Shown here piece after piece: positions 33,654-46,100 of a stretch of DNA of 64,000 nt (position 1 is the first letter of the stretch; the number at the start of each line of letters is the position of its first letter). Origin of the DNA: Trypanosoma brucei (taxonomy: Eukaryota); the NCBI GenBank assembly GCA_000002445.1, contig CH464491.1, positions 4,832,001-4,896,000 of the forward strand, read 5' to 3'. The notes beneath the pieces were generated by a model that was given only the letters and a program-made list of their open reading frames with translations, ran no database searches and had not been told where the DNA came from. The position numbers and the translations under genes are program-made.

Positions 33654-34606
33654 GTTTTCAAAGCAGCTTGCTTGGTGTTTCGCTTTGTTTTTCGTTTGAT
33701 TTCTACCTGGTTCGAATGCTGCTTTGTCGTTAACGGTTAAAGGTGTTATTTGTTTTGCCTTACTTGGTGTAAGAAGGTATTTGAGAAAGTCCTTGTGTAA
33801 TTTGTCTTGCAGTCTTGACATCCATGGCGGCACAATGGTTATAAAAAGATGTGCATTGTCGGTGTTGCCTCTTTTGCCTTAGTGCCCCATAAAATCTGAT
33901 GTGCTTCCGGATTTTTTTTGCTGCCATCGCTGGCAAGACGATCTGCCTTGCAATTGGAATGCCGATTGACAAAAGCCAATAAAAAATTTCAGCTTGCCTC
34001 CGCAGAAGCTGAAAAGGTGCTACAGAATAACTCTCTTCAGCGCCTCTATCTATCTTCATCTACAGGTACGGTCTTCTATCAGTTTTAATGGGGCCAACAA
34101 ATAGCCGCCTATATTTTGCACTTGACATCTTGATTTGTTATAAAGTTTAAAAAAGGAGTCTTTTCCATTTCAGCTGTTGCCTACATTCATTTCTGCGCGG
34201 ACAATATGACATCGTTTTTTCTTCATCTTTCACTTGATGCATTATTTGATTCTATAGTAAGCCGTTCCTTATAAGTTTGTTTTATTCATATTAACTTTTC
34301 CTCTTTTTCATTTTCTGTTGCTTCTTCTCAGAATGATGTAGCGACTCCATATGCCTTGTACACTAAACTTTCTGTCTCCACCTCATGGATAGCTCCTTTA
34401 TTTCCTTGTGTAAAACAATGCCCAAAGTTATGTTTGTATTTGAAACTGCGAATATTTTCTTTTTATTTTTCTCACCATCTCTCTGTCGTTTTTCTTTTCC
34501 TTTGATAAAGTTCCTCACTCTCCCACCCATTTATTTACTCCAAAAACACATTTTCCATTATTTTAAGTGCTTTTGTTTTTCCATTAATATGGTCTTTACC
34601 TTTGTT

Positions 34607-34680
34607 CTTATTATAATATTCGTATACACACACTCACAACACTCTTCTATTATTATTATTAATACTAATATCACTATTAA
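34607..34680 (-). repeat. 70-bp repeat unit
   Basis: cttattataatattcgtatacacacactcacaacactcttctattattattattaatac. Confidence 0.7.
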
Positions 34681-34833
34681 AACTCTGAATAATATACATA
34701 TAGGAAATAAACAAATTATAATTGCACAAATTTTTCATACCATATAATCCTCTTACTTTGTACTCCTAAGCCACTGTCATATGAAATTTCAAAATTTAGA
34801 TAGTTTCAATATTTTTCACATTTGTTTCGACAA

Positions 34834-34849
34834 GTGTTAAAATATATTG
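34834..34849 (-). promoter_or_regulatory. VSG 3'UTR 16-mer variant
   Basis: The reverse complement is CAATATATTTTAACAC. Confidence 0.7.
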
Positions 34850-34858
34850 AACAGTAAA

Positions 34859-36410
34859 TTAAAAAACGTAGAATGATTCAAAACACATAAAAGCATTGGT
34901 AATAAGACGTAATTTCTTATTTAAAAGAAAACTGGTACCTCTTCATTTTTCTTCTATCCAACCACAAACATATTTTTTGCCTGGATGAGTCTTTCCTTGG
35001 ACAACCTGGCATTTATCTTCGGTATCTAGGCTGGTGCATTTTGAAGTTGACTCCCCTGTTCCTCAATTTGTCTCTCCTTCTCCCTTTTTAGGTTTGCATG
35101 TTCTTTCTGTGTCAGATTTTCCACCTTTTTCTTCCCACCTGCAGCCCTTTTGGACGCAGGTTTCGTTATTTTTGTGTTTGTTGCAATTTGTCGCTGCAGT
35201 GTTTTCCTTGTCGATTGGGGTTGCTGCTGGAATGCTTAGCGCCATTTCTGGCGCTTCTTTTGCTTCTGCAATGATGGCGTTTGCAGCTGCTGCCTCTAGT
35301 TTGAGCATTTGGTTCAGTTTGTGGGCTTCCTGAGCGGCCACTTCCCGTTTGTTGAGTTCCGTCGCGAGCTCCTGAATGTTGTGAACCCACGGCACCTTTG
35401 CGATTGCGGCGGCTGGGTTTGCTGTGTAGCCTGTAATTTTGACGCAAACCCCATTGCCTTTGCTTCCGTTGCAGCCTGTTGTTACAAAATGGCCGATGTA
35501 GCCGTCGGTGTCCCCTGCTTCGATGTTGCTAAGGACGTTGTCGACTGCTGATGTAAGATCCGCGCTCCTGGCTGCGGCTTTTCGACGCTTTGGGCAAGCT
35601 TTGAGGGCAGTTTTCATGTCGGCGATGTTAGGTGCGCTGCTGCCGCTGTCCCACCCTGTACTGCCGTCTGCTTTTTTTGTGCATGTTGAGGACTGCCAGT
35701 TGCCACTTCCTCCTCCGGCGGCCTGCATGCATAGACATGCTAGTGCGGCTGCTACTGTCTTTACCTTTTGATTTTGGTCTGCTGCCTCGCAGACTGTCGC
35801 TCTGGCCGTTCCCCCGGGTGTCGCACCGAAAGCTGTGTCGAGGGTTGTGCTGTCGGCTGTCGTCGCGCTGCCTCCGTAGACAGCTGCCTTAAGTTTTGCC
35901 GTCGCCGTTGCGCTGTCTATTTTGCTTTTTTCTAGTCTTTCGATCTGTTTCTTTATTAGTATCGCTTTCCCAGCAAGTTTTGCAATCTCTCCGTGTGCAA
36001 GTTTTCTCTGTGCTGGCGTTAGCTTGTTTATGCCAGTCCCTTCGAGCCTTGGAGGCTTCGGCGATGCCAGTAGCTGTTCGGCTGCCTTCTTCCAGTCTCC
36101 CCAGAACTCTTCATAACCCTTTTTGCCCTGGCCCGCTTCCTCCGCCGTGTTGTGGTTTTTTTTTTTGGAGTTTCGTTTGTGTAAAACATCTTTTGCCATT
36201 CATCGCTCGAAGACGTTAAATTGAGCTGCTGTACGAAGTCGTAGTCGTCAGACGTAATCGCTGGTTCAGGTGGCACATTGATATCTCCTTCCGCTAGAGC
36301 TACAATTCCGCAGAGCGGCTGTACGCTTCTCTGTTGCCGCCTACAGTTACATCGTCGGCACTTTGAGCCAGTTTGACGGACAGAGCTAGCAAGATTAATA
36401 GCTGTTTGTA
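34859..36410 (-). pseudogene. VSG: VSG pseudogene. There are frameshifts in the N-terminal region, including one at an A10 run near 36166-36178, and an in-frame TGA at 34942-34944.
   Basis: The signal peptide MYKQLLILLALSVKLAQSA is in the ORF 36300-36530. The B-type N-terminal domain ORF is 35063-36199. The tail reads ..KKYVCGWIEEK*RGTSFLLNKKLRLITNAFMCF.., which is TGC to TGA compared with paralogous CGWIEEKCKDSSFL. Confidence 0.8.
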
Positions 36411-36558
36411 CATTGGTTTTGGAAATTGGTCTACTTTTGCTGCATTTAGAATGAATATATATGGCGGTGAAGGTTTTTCTGTAGAGACTGTGGCATACAA
36501 GTTCGAAGATATGAATTTGAGGCTCTTCATTTGATTGTAGATGGTCTGCTATTGACTG

Positions 36559-37681
36559 CTACTCCTTTAAAGCATCTTTTGGGCAGTCAAACGTAGCCCA
36601 GTGTCTTCCAGATACTGCAGTAATCTGGGCTTTTGGTTGGCCATTACGACGAACAGGGTTGATTCTTTGTAGATGTATATAGTCCTGCAATGCAATGTGA
36701 TGGAAAGTGATCACATCCTGGTGGTTTCTCAGAAAACGACTTAGAGGTCTTTTTATATGCATCACGTAACGACAATCTTGCATATCCACAGTTAACAATC
36801 CCTCAAATTTCAATTTATTCCTTATGACTTCTCCAACCATAATGTCTTCATTGAGGACTATAAAATCAATATATGATTCGAAATTTCTGAATTTGATTGG
36901 TGACTTTACTAATTTTTTCAGAGGTTTATAATTTACAATTTCCTAAGCCACATCCTTAGATAGTGTAGAAGCATAACCAATAGTATGCCATGCAATTTCA
37001 CCACTAAAATCTTTATAGTATCCAACTGCTCTCCCCATATTCAATTTTTTTCTTAGTAATACTTCAAGGTACTGCAAATACAATGGCACTCTCATAAATA
37101 TATCATTATTTACTTTCATTATATAGGAACTATTTTTAGAAAATATCTCAGCTGCAAACTTGAACCACAGACATGTTTTTCTACTCATCGTGAGCTCTGC
37201 CTCCAAACCCCAATTACCCGCATCTCCAAATTTTCTTATTTTTTGTTGGGTTGGCGTCACAAACAGGTAAAATAATAATATCCTGATTTATATATCTTTT
37301 TTTCCAACACTTTCTCTCAGCTCGCAATTGTTATTTGTATGGGGTGAAATAACATATACTACAATCAACTTTCCCAGTAAAATTATTTGATTTCCTTGCC
37401 ACTTCAGGATAACTCCGACAAGTTTCTCTTTGTAAGTTCCGCCTTCTGAACCTTTCATCATTATCTATGGAAGGTATTCCAGCCACAACCAAATAATCTC
37501 TGGTTTTCCAAATCCTCTTCACATCTTGCGAAACAAATGCCATATACTCATTTTCAACGATTTCAAGTGAAATAGGATCTCCTTCACCAAGCAAGCTATG
37601 GAGCGATACAAATAAATTAATCCCCATAACTATAAAAGGTAAACAACAAAGTGCTGCATTAATACTTCCCATATTCTTCAT
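36559..37681 (-). pseudogene. beta-1,3-glycosyltransferase-like pseudogene, a paralogue of 950-2053, split into three frames
   Basis: MKNMGSINAALCCLPFIVMGINLF (anchor) ..VVAGIPSIDNDERFRRRNLQRETC.. | ..GNWGLEAELTMSRK..YIMKVNNDIFMRVPLYLQYLE.. | ..LLTVDMQDCRYVMH.. Confidence 0.55.
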
Positions 37682-38376
37682 AACGTACTATTTCCATTAT
37701 AATAAAAATCTTTCAATGCTTTAGAAAAATTAGAAAGTTTAAGAAAAGAAGTAAGTTGTGTCACTAAGATTATTAGGTAAGAAATAGTGTCGACACATAT
37801 AACCAGTGCATTGTTATTTTTATGATATATGTGTTAAACTGCGTATGCTCACGCTGTTCGACTTGTATTTAAACTAACGCCTACGGGCATTGGCTTAAAA
37901 ATTGTTTCTATCCAGACGTTCTGCCGCACAATGCGTGTATTCCGCTTACCGCTTGCTTTCCTCAAAAGTATTTTCTATTAACTGTTAGTGGACTTTCAGT
38001 ATATAGTTGAACTTACGCGGGGAGCGTGCCATTAATTTTGCCACTTGCCAGTAAAAGGTACTCCAGAAACCCGCTTGCCTAACGTTTTCATCCTAGTGGC
38101 ACCTCAACTGCATCTCTTACTGTTTACGGTAACTTGTGGGTTTTTTTGGTTGCACACTGAACTACGCCTCTTCTTAATTGTATGATTCATCATATCCTTG
38201 TCTGTTACGATGCTCATTGTTGCATTCTTGCTTGAGGATGCCCATATTCCATCTCTTCTCTGTGTCTCTTCTAATAATATTTCTTGTGCCGCTGGAGCCG
38301 CCCACCTACTCCAATTTAAGCTTTTACAGTCGTCGTAACTCTTCGATTTGCGGTTGTGAGCATATACTTACCGCCG

Positions 38377-38550
38377 CTCTTATTATAGTATTTGTATATG
38401 CACACTCACAACACTCTCCTATCATTGTTATCATTATTATTATTATCACTATAATTACTATTAATTTTATTACTGCTCTTATGATAATATTCGTATATAC
38501 ACATATTCACATCTTTCTCCTATTATTATCGTCATTATTACTCTTACTCT
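38377..38550 (-). repeat. 70-bp repeats, about two units
   Basis: ...tatatgcacactcacaacactctcctatcattgttatcattattattattatcac...cttatgataatattcgtatatacacatattcacatc... Confidence 0.75.
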
Positions 38551-38777
38551 TGCACTTTCTATTGTAAACTTAACTTATGTTCATGAAATAGTTTTTAAAA
38601 AAATTATAAATATTTCATAATAGAACCCATTTGCCTACCATATTACCATATTACCATAATACTTTCTCTCATAGGCTAGTTTGATACCAAAATATTATAT
38701 TTTTAAAATTCTCAAAATTGTCAGCAATCTGCAAAGGTTTTACAAAAAGTATTAAAAAATATCAATCTTTAGAAAAT

Positions 38778-40351
38778 TTAGAAAAACTTCTTAAAGTACC
38801 AAAATGCTACTAAACTCACAAAAGCAGAAACAATCAGAGCGAATTTTTGACGTAGAAAAAAACTGGAATCCTTGCAGTTTTTTTTTCCCATTTTCAGTTA
38901 TTGTCTTTATCGCAAGCATTTTTGTCTGTTCCATGTTTTGCACATTTCTCTTCCTTCTTTCTATCTTTCCCATCTTTCCCTCCTGTTTCTTTTTCTGCTT
39001 CTTTTTGTACTGTCTTTTTGGCTTCCTCACTCAAGGTGCACTTTTTGCCTTCACTATTTGAAGCAACGAAATGACATCCTGGCGTTTTGGTGCATCCAGT
39101 TTCATTTTTGTCGCCTACGTCATTGCAAATTTTCTCTGAAGTTTTGTTGTCGTCCTTATTTGCATTCTCTTTTAATCCCGCGATTTCGTCCCTTAAAGTT
39201 TTGACGTTCTGTTTGCGGTAGTAGTCTAGGACTGCAACGAGCTCCTTGATATTGCTTATTGTGCCCATGTCTTTTGTTTCGGGTGTTTTGGTTAGTAGGT
39301 TTACAACCTTGATCGTTGCGAAATTGTCATTGTATTTTTTACTCATCTCGTTTGGATCTCCAAACTTGGCCTTTATTTGGTCTTCAAGGTCTGTAGGTTT
39401 CGGTTTGTCAAGGTGGACATCCCCTAGTACCTGCTGCCGGTACATGGTCTGGAACAACGCGTCCTTTGCTAACTCATCTCGGGACGTGAATGCAAATGGC
39501 TTCCTCTCGTCTTTTACTGCTTCTGCTGCTGTTGTGGCTCCTTTTAGGAAGGGCGTTTAACCGCTACCAGTCATTAGTGTTTTGGCATCGATGGTCTGTA
39601 GGTCCGTCGTCAGTACGAACAAGCCCCCAGCGACCCTTTGGGTGCCTGCCATGTTACTGCCCGCGGCGTCTGCGTCCAGCAGCCGAGTGCTAGTTTGGGC
39701 GTGGGTTAATGTGCACTCCGCGCCGCCTGTCAAGGCTGTTGCCGTTGTTTTGGTGTTGAACTCGGTATCGGTGTAGCCTGTGTCTGTGAACTTTGTTGGC
39801 TTCTCTGGGCTTGGTTGCAGTTCGTCGGTGCGCGCCGCACACCCAGGTTCTTGCAGTTTTAGCCGGCCTTCGTTGCTGCCGGTGCGGGCAGCGCTGCCAT
39901 CCTCCTTTTGCAAGCAAGCATGTGTCGCCGCCGCTGCTGTTTGTGCCATCATTTGCAAGTATTCCTGTATCGCTCCTTCCTGACGTGCTGCGTCTGCTAT
40001 GGCCGTCGCGTATTTCGTTATTTGTGTTCCTGTTGCGGCTACAAATTCATTGCCGATTTTCGTGGCGTAAAAGAGCATCACAGCTGAGTCAAGCTTTGTA
40101 TATTCGCCGCCCTTCGTCGCTTCGATGTATATTTGGGTTTTGAGAAGCTGCTTCAGAGCCTCAGCGCCATTTCTTGCTGCCAGTGGCAATAAGTAAGCTG
40201 CTCTGTTCTGTACTTTTTGCAGTTCTGCACCCATTCCGCATGCTGCTTTCCACTTTGAAGCTTTTATTGGGTCTTGCGAACCGGTTTCACCCCGATTTGC
40301 TGCTGTCGTCAGACCAGCGACAACTAACAGAACTAGAATATGCTTCTTCAT
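38778..40351 (-). pseudogene. VSG: VSG pseudogene with frameshifts at about 39457-39557 and in the C-terminal domain
   Basis: The N-terminal domain ORF is 39557-40351 (MKKHILVLLVVAGLTTAANRGE..). The hinge and C-terminal domain ORF is 38894-39457. The GPI tail CKDSSFFLRQKFALIVSAFVSLVAFWYFKKFF* is in a shifted frame. A 16-mer-like element, TGATATTTTTTAATAC, is at about 38749-38764. Confidence 0.85.
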
Positions 40352-40967
40352 AAAAGCTAGTGAACTTGTCGGTTGCCGTGTTGTATATGTTGGTTGAAGT
40401 CGTATTGATGTTTAAAGATTTACGTTTTACACTGAAATGCACATCGACACAAATTCACTTCTTTTACTGCAGTTCAAATGAAATACACACTAAATAACCC
40501 ATAGAAGACACTATTAATTATAACATTAGGCGGGATATATCTGTGTACACGTGCATCTACTGTAACAATCAAGAACAAAGGCATCACTGTCATCCACACA
40601 GTATTATCGAACCATTTCTCAGTGAAATAGGGAGCAAAATCCCCTTTTGTATTATTTTAGTTTGTGTTGCAATGTCCTTTGACCTAAGCTGTCACTTCAT
40701 TCCGTATTAGTTTCTCTTTGTGTACTGCTTCAGCGAATAAAGTATGGACTCCAATTGGCTAATGCACTGCATTCTTCATCTCTCTCATTGTTTTCTCCAT
40801 CACGTTATTGTGTCTGAAGGTGCGCATATTCCATCTGCTTCCCTATCACTAACTTTTGGCGTCTTCTTTAATAGTAATACTCCTGTTGCTCACTATCTTT
40901 TTTTTGCACCATCGGTATAGTTTAGATTGCCTATATTTTGTTTGTCCATTCATTCACCATCAATTAG

Positions 40968-41120
40968 CATTACAATATTACTATATGCACATTTACAACA
41001 CTCTCTTATTATTATTATCATTATTATTATTATTATTACTGCTCTTATTATAATATTCGTATATACACACACTTACAGCACTCTCCTCTCATTACTATTA
41101 TTATTATTATTTTTAATATT
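40968..41120 (-). repeat. 70-bp repeats, about two units
   Basis: ...acaacactctcttattattattatcattattattattattattactgctcttattataatattcgtatatacacacacttacagcactctcc... Confidence 0.75.
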
Positions 41121-41304
41121 CTAATTATGTCCCTAGCTAATACTCTATAAAATAAACAAAATTAACAAGTAAACAAAATTAGAAAGTCATTTTAATAGCA
41201 CTCGCTTTGATAACTATTCACACTACTGCTTTACAACTATATTTCACGTTTATACCAAAATTTCATATTTTCTAATTTTCGCTAATTACTCACTTTCATC
41301 AAAA

Positions 41305-41320
41305 AGTGTTAAAATATATC
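41305..41320 (-). promoter_or_regulatory. VSG 3'UTR 16-mer, exact match
   Basis: The reverse complement is TGATATATTTTAACAC. Confidence 0.8.
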
Positions 41321-41412
41321 AAATTTTACAAATATATAAAACCTCATAAACCTTCATAAAATTATGAAATTTGAAGAAAACTCTTTTAAAAATTTGTTAT
41401 AGAAGAAAACAA

Positions 41413-42735
41413 TTAAGCAAAAGAAGAGCATAAATTACGGTATAAATAATAATTGTTTCTTTTTGACCTTGCATTCACTTTTTTCCTTATTACAAGTATA
41501 TTTGTAGTGTCACATTTACCCTCTTCGGTGGCTGCGCACTCCTCTTTTTTATCCCCATTTTTATTTTCTCCTGTTTTGTCTGTTGGGTCTGATTTGGTTT
41601 CTCTGGATTCAGTTTTATGGTTTCCGCAAACTTGGCCATCTTTTCGTGGGGCTAGTAGAGCAGCGATTGCCAAAACTACTTTGTCGTCATCTCCGCTTAT
41701 AGTTTTGGGTTCACCTGTAACTTCTGTGCCACCAAAATTTGCCGTTATCTTTTCCTCGGTCATATTTTTCCATAGTCCATTTCGGAAGCTGTCTTTACCG
41801 GCGTTGTAAGTAGTTTTGATTTCATTTCCTAGAGTATTTTTTTTTCCGGTGTTAGTCGTCGTGGATATGTCCTGTTGATATGAAATGCTGCTGTTTATGA
41901 AGTTCTGAAGCTTAATTTGCGTCGAAATCTGCCGACTCTGTGTCTGTGGGCTCGCAGTATTTTTCTTTTTTCCACTCCTTTAGTGCTTTCCCTATGTCGG
42001 TCTTTAGTGTTTTCATTTCCTTAGCTTGCTCTGCGCCGTCTCCTTGGTGTTGCTGGAGCTGGCTTTTATGCCACAAATGTTCTTTGGGTCCGAGGGGTTT
42101 GTTGCTTGTTGCAGTTTATATGTCTTGATCGTCGTCAGTGCTGTTAAGTCGATGCCAGGTTCAGAGTCCTTTGCCGCGCTCGCGAAAGTGTTTCCGCATG
42201 TTTCGTCGCCGAAGTTCTTTAAAATTGTCGTCTCATATACCTTGTGATTTTCTGCTGCCCCGTTGGTGTGTGCGGTCCCAGCGTCAACTGCGGTTGTCTC
42301 TAGGTTAGTTAGCTTGGTTAGGCCCAAATGGATGCCGGCTATTGTTGCAAGTTTGCGTTGCAGGTCGCTGCCTTTGCTTATGCAGTTGCCTATCCTGTTC
42401 GCTAAGTTATCGAGTCGCCTGATTGCCAAGTGCATTGCTATCGCCGGTTGTGGTCGGTGGTCTTGAGTTTGTCGTTGTGCCGCACCGAAAATGATCGCCG
42501 TTTTGAGCTTGGCCATTGCTGACTCTTGTCTCCTCGCGAGAATATCTATTTTGTTTCTTTCCTCCCTAGAGGCAGCTAGTAGGTATATCTCGGAGGTGCA
42601 CGCGGTTGTTTGTTTGTTTTCCTGTGTTGATTTTGCTGTTGCCGTTATTTGCATGGTCAGAAGAGCTGCCAGCGTTATTGCCGTTGTGGCCCTGGCTTTT
42701 GGTAACTTCTTGGTGTCTGCTGTGACGGGTGCCAT
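41413..42735 (-). pseudogene. VSG: VSG pseudogene, short and frameshifted
   Basis: The N-terminal domain ORF is 42013-42735 (MAPVTADTKKLPKARATTAITLAALLTMQITATA..). The hinge and C-terminal domain fragment is 41413-41763 (..EECAATEEGKCDTTNIL..). Confidence 0.8.
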
Positions 42736-45188
42736 GGCGTTGTCTTGGCTTCCTTACACTTTGTATGCTAAGCTTTGGGAAACCTTGACTTAGTGCTTTA
42801 GTTTGCAGAGTGTTTCGGGGTTCCATAATTTTTATTGGTTGAACGCCTTTTTGATAAAACATTTTGCTGCTTCAATATTCTTATTAGCTGACGTTCAAGG
42901 AGCTTCGCGTAGATGTGGCTTCAATGTAAACAGAGTGTGTGGTATTTGTGAAATTTCTGATTTTGGAGCTGGTGATAGGTCTGGTTTTCTACTTTTTCAT
43001 AATTTTTGAGTTTATTTACCTTCGTGTTTTGTACTGCTTTTGTTACGGTTTGCAGCATTGGTGATAGCACCGAAACAAGGCCTGCTGATTTTTCTTCTAA
43101 TTCCTCTATTTCAAATACATTGAGTCACTCATCCTTTCAACTCCCATCACTACGGTAATATATTTCACACTTACCATTAATTTCAGCACTGGTTTCACAA
43201 CTAGGCTAGTCTGTTATATCATCCACCACCGGCCAAGGTGCAGTCACTTTCCAGTTACTGTATTGATGTTGTTATATTCACTTGCAGTTCGTGCCATATG
43301 ACTGGTACCACTCCCGCAGTTAGCTCTCACTTATAGAATGCCTTGGTTAATGTATTCACTCCTTGTGTATATTTCTTGGCTAAATTTGTTGAAGTTATTG
43401 TCGCACTCCTTTTTACATTCCATGGTTTTTCTTGCTTCTTCTTGTTTCTCTACACTTCACTTTCTCTGCATTAATGTAGTTCTTTTTGTTTCGGTAAATA
43501 AACCTAAATTCACAAAAGAATAAAATTTTCTCTAGCTATTCTCATTTTGGAACCATTCCCAGTAATTTTCGGATTTCTATTTACCTTTATCAGCCATACA
43601 AACATTATGCGATAACACTATGTATGGAGAGACTAAGGGGGTTTCTGCATCTAAATTGGAGTTAATTCAAGTTTCTACTAGTTATCAGAACGTAAAATAT
43701 TTTTTTGTTTGTTGTTCTGCGCCATTTGCCTGCGCACTTTGTCTGATAGTTTGTACTTTTTTCCTTTTGCTCTGTTATGCACTTTTCTAGCATCACCTTT
43801 ACCGTCGAATACTGCTTGAAACTTAAAAACATTCTCAGCTTTATCTTTCGTTCTTAACCGCGAGTATTTCATTCACTAGATTGCGTCGATTGCACCGTGG
43901 TGGTCGGCGTTAATATTGGTTCTTCTGAATTTAATATCATATCGGAATGCTGTACTAGGTTTTCTGCTTTGCTCAGCCTTGAAGGTGTTGTTTTTGGATG
44001 TTTAACTATACATCTAGTTCTCTCATTACAACTACTTTGAAATAAAAGCATCTGATCAATTAAAATATGTATTATATTAATCTAAACTGTTTCGCTTTTT
44101 ATATTTTAAACTTGTGAAATCTGTGTTTCACCACAGAAGTCAATGGAAATTATTGCAAACCTTCAACACAAATCTTGTTTATTACAAGTTTTTACTTTAA
44201 GATATTTTCTATGCCATACTATATGCATAACTAAAACATCTACCATAAATGGTTTTTGCGTCAGGCTACCTTTTTTGACCCTTGTTGTGCTTCCACATGT
44301 GCAAGATGAGATAAAGGTGACACTTCGGCCGTACACATAGTGTCGTGCATTTCGCAATGTTATCATAGTTACTTTCTGGTGTTTTTTTCTATATTTCGGC
44401 AGATACAGTCCTCAATGCACTTTTCCGCTTTGACTTTTATTTATACGCTCTTTAAATCTAGTAAACGTGTATTTTTATGTAAAATAATTGTTCCTTGAAA
44501 TATCCAACGGTTTATCGTTGAGTTTCTAGGAGAGAAGTGCAGCATAATTTGAAATATATTTTATAAAGATGTTCTGCGTTCTTTTCTGCGCGTTTTCTTA
44601 ACTTCTTTTGATCATTTTCCTTCAACTTTAGTGAGTACCTCTTCCTGCATTCGCCGTATTGGTAAACTTTGTGGATACATTTGACCGTTGGCTGCGGTCC
44701 CTCTCTTCATGCTTACTTCATCCTGTTTCTTTCGTATAATGTTTCGCCGTTTATTTCTGCGTTTTACAGTGCGTATAATCCACTCCACTCCCTGCACATT
44801 CTTTATTCGTAACATTCCTAGTATCTCCTTCTAAATTTTTACATTTACTTAATCACACTGCACTTCGACATTGTTTTGTGCTTCTCTAGCTTTGATATCA
44901 TAGGTTGTGGGGAGGTGATAGTAGCTTGTGTGTCGTTTGCACCTTCTAAATATTGCGTCCATCGCGTTACCACCCCCGAAACCAACATCGGTATTGCCGT
45001 CAGGCGACATACCATTTCAGCCGAATAGTTAGGGTACGCCTGAGGTTTGTCCGCCAACAAGTTCCTGTTTATGCCTCCGGATTGTTGTGTCAACATAGAC
45101 TTTTGTAGCCATGTTGGACGTGCTTGTTGGTCCCACAGTTGCTTGGACTGCTGAAACGGCTGGAAGGAAATCTTTAGTTGTGTAGCCC

Positions 45189-46100
45189 TCACAATTTGTA
45201 AACTTTAAACAAATTCCGATACATAAACGCATCACCACACACTTGTACATATTCAAACTTTAATTCCCCTCCACGTATCAAATAAGTTTCAAAATTTCCC
45301 CCTGATCCTTCGAATTTAAATTCCATTTCTTCCCACTCTTTATACCAAGTAAGATTTTTCACAATAAGTCTTGCTTTCTCCTCCAATACGATCGGCTGCT
45401 TTGAAAAATGAATGAATGGAGTCTCTTCGATTTCTCCACTATGTTGAATAGTAAATAATCTCCCCTCATAATCTAATAAAATCCAATCCTTCCTTTCGTA
45501 AACACAAATCTCTTCCCAACAGCTTATTAATAACTCACACTCCATATTAGTAAATGTAATATAAATTCTTTGATTCGACCACCACTCCTCGCTTCCTTAG
45601 TATTTCATTAAATGCATGTTCAAAACTCTTTAAAGCCCAAACCCTTTTTTTACTATTAAGCCTCACTAAGATAAGGTTTTACACTAGGAAGTTATTTTAG
45701 TAAAACGGATAACTTTTTATCCTCTTCCTTTCTGTAACCAACATTAAAAAAACAATAACATCTCTTCACATGCTCCTTGTGATCTGAGTTCATAATCAAA
45801 TCCAACTGAGGTGCGTAACATTCCGATGTTGTCATGAATAAAATACTCTACAGCAGTTTCATATTTATCACAGTCTGATATTATAACATCAGATCCATCT
45901 ACAGTTATTACAATATCTTCATTACTCGCATTCTGTTTTTCCAAGAATTCCATAACCCATCACGGCCTCCTAACATGGATGTACAAACCTCCCATTGCAA
46001 TTGTAATAATTTAAACATGGCTTAGCTTGTCACGCAATATTAGCCTACATCATCCTTGAGTTACATGAGTTTGAAACATAATCACAAATACTCTGGGCTT
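45189..46100 (-). pseudogene. recurrent family copy 4 (ESAG3-like?)
   Basis: MEFLEKQNASNEDIVITVDGSDVIISDCDKYETAVEYFIH.. and ..ILLDYEGRLFT..IVKNLTWYKEWEEMEF.. Confidence 0.4.

Noticed and set aside
43678..43872. Lys/Arg-rich 64-aa ORF resembling a ribosomal or nucleolar protein fragment
   Set aside because: No recognisable family motif. It sits in a degenerate subtelomeric interval and is probably spurious.
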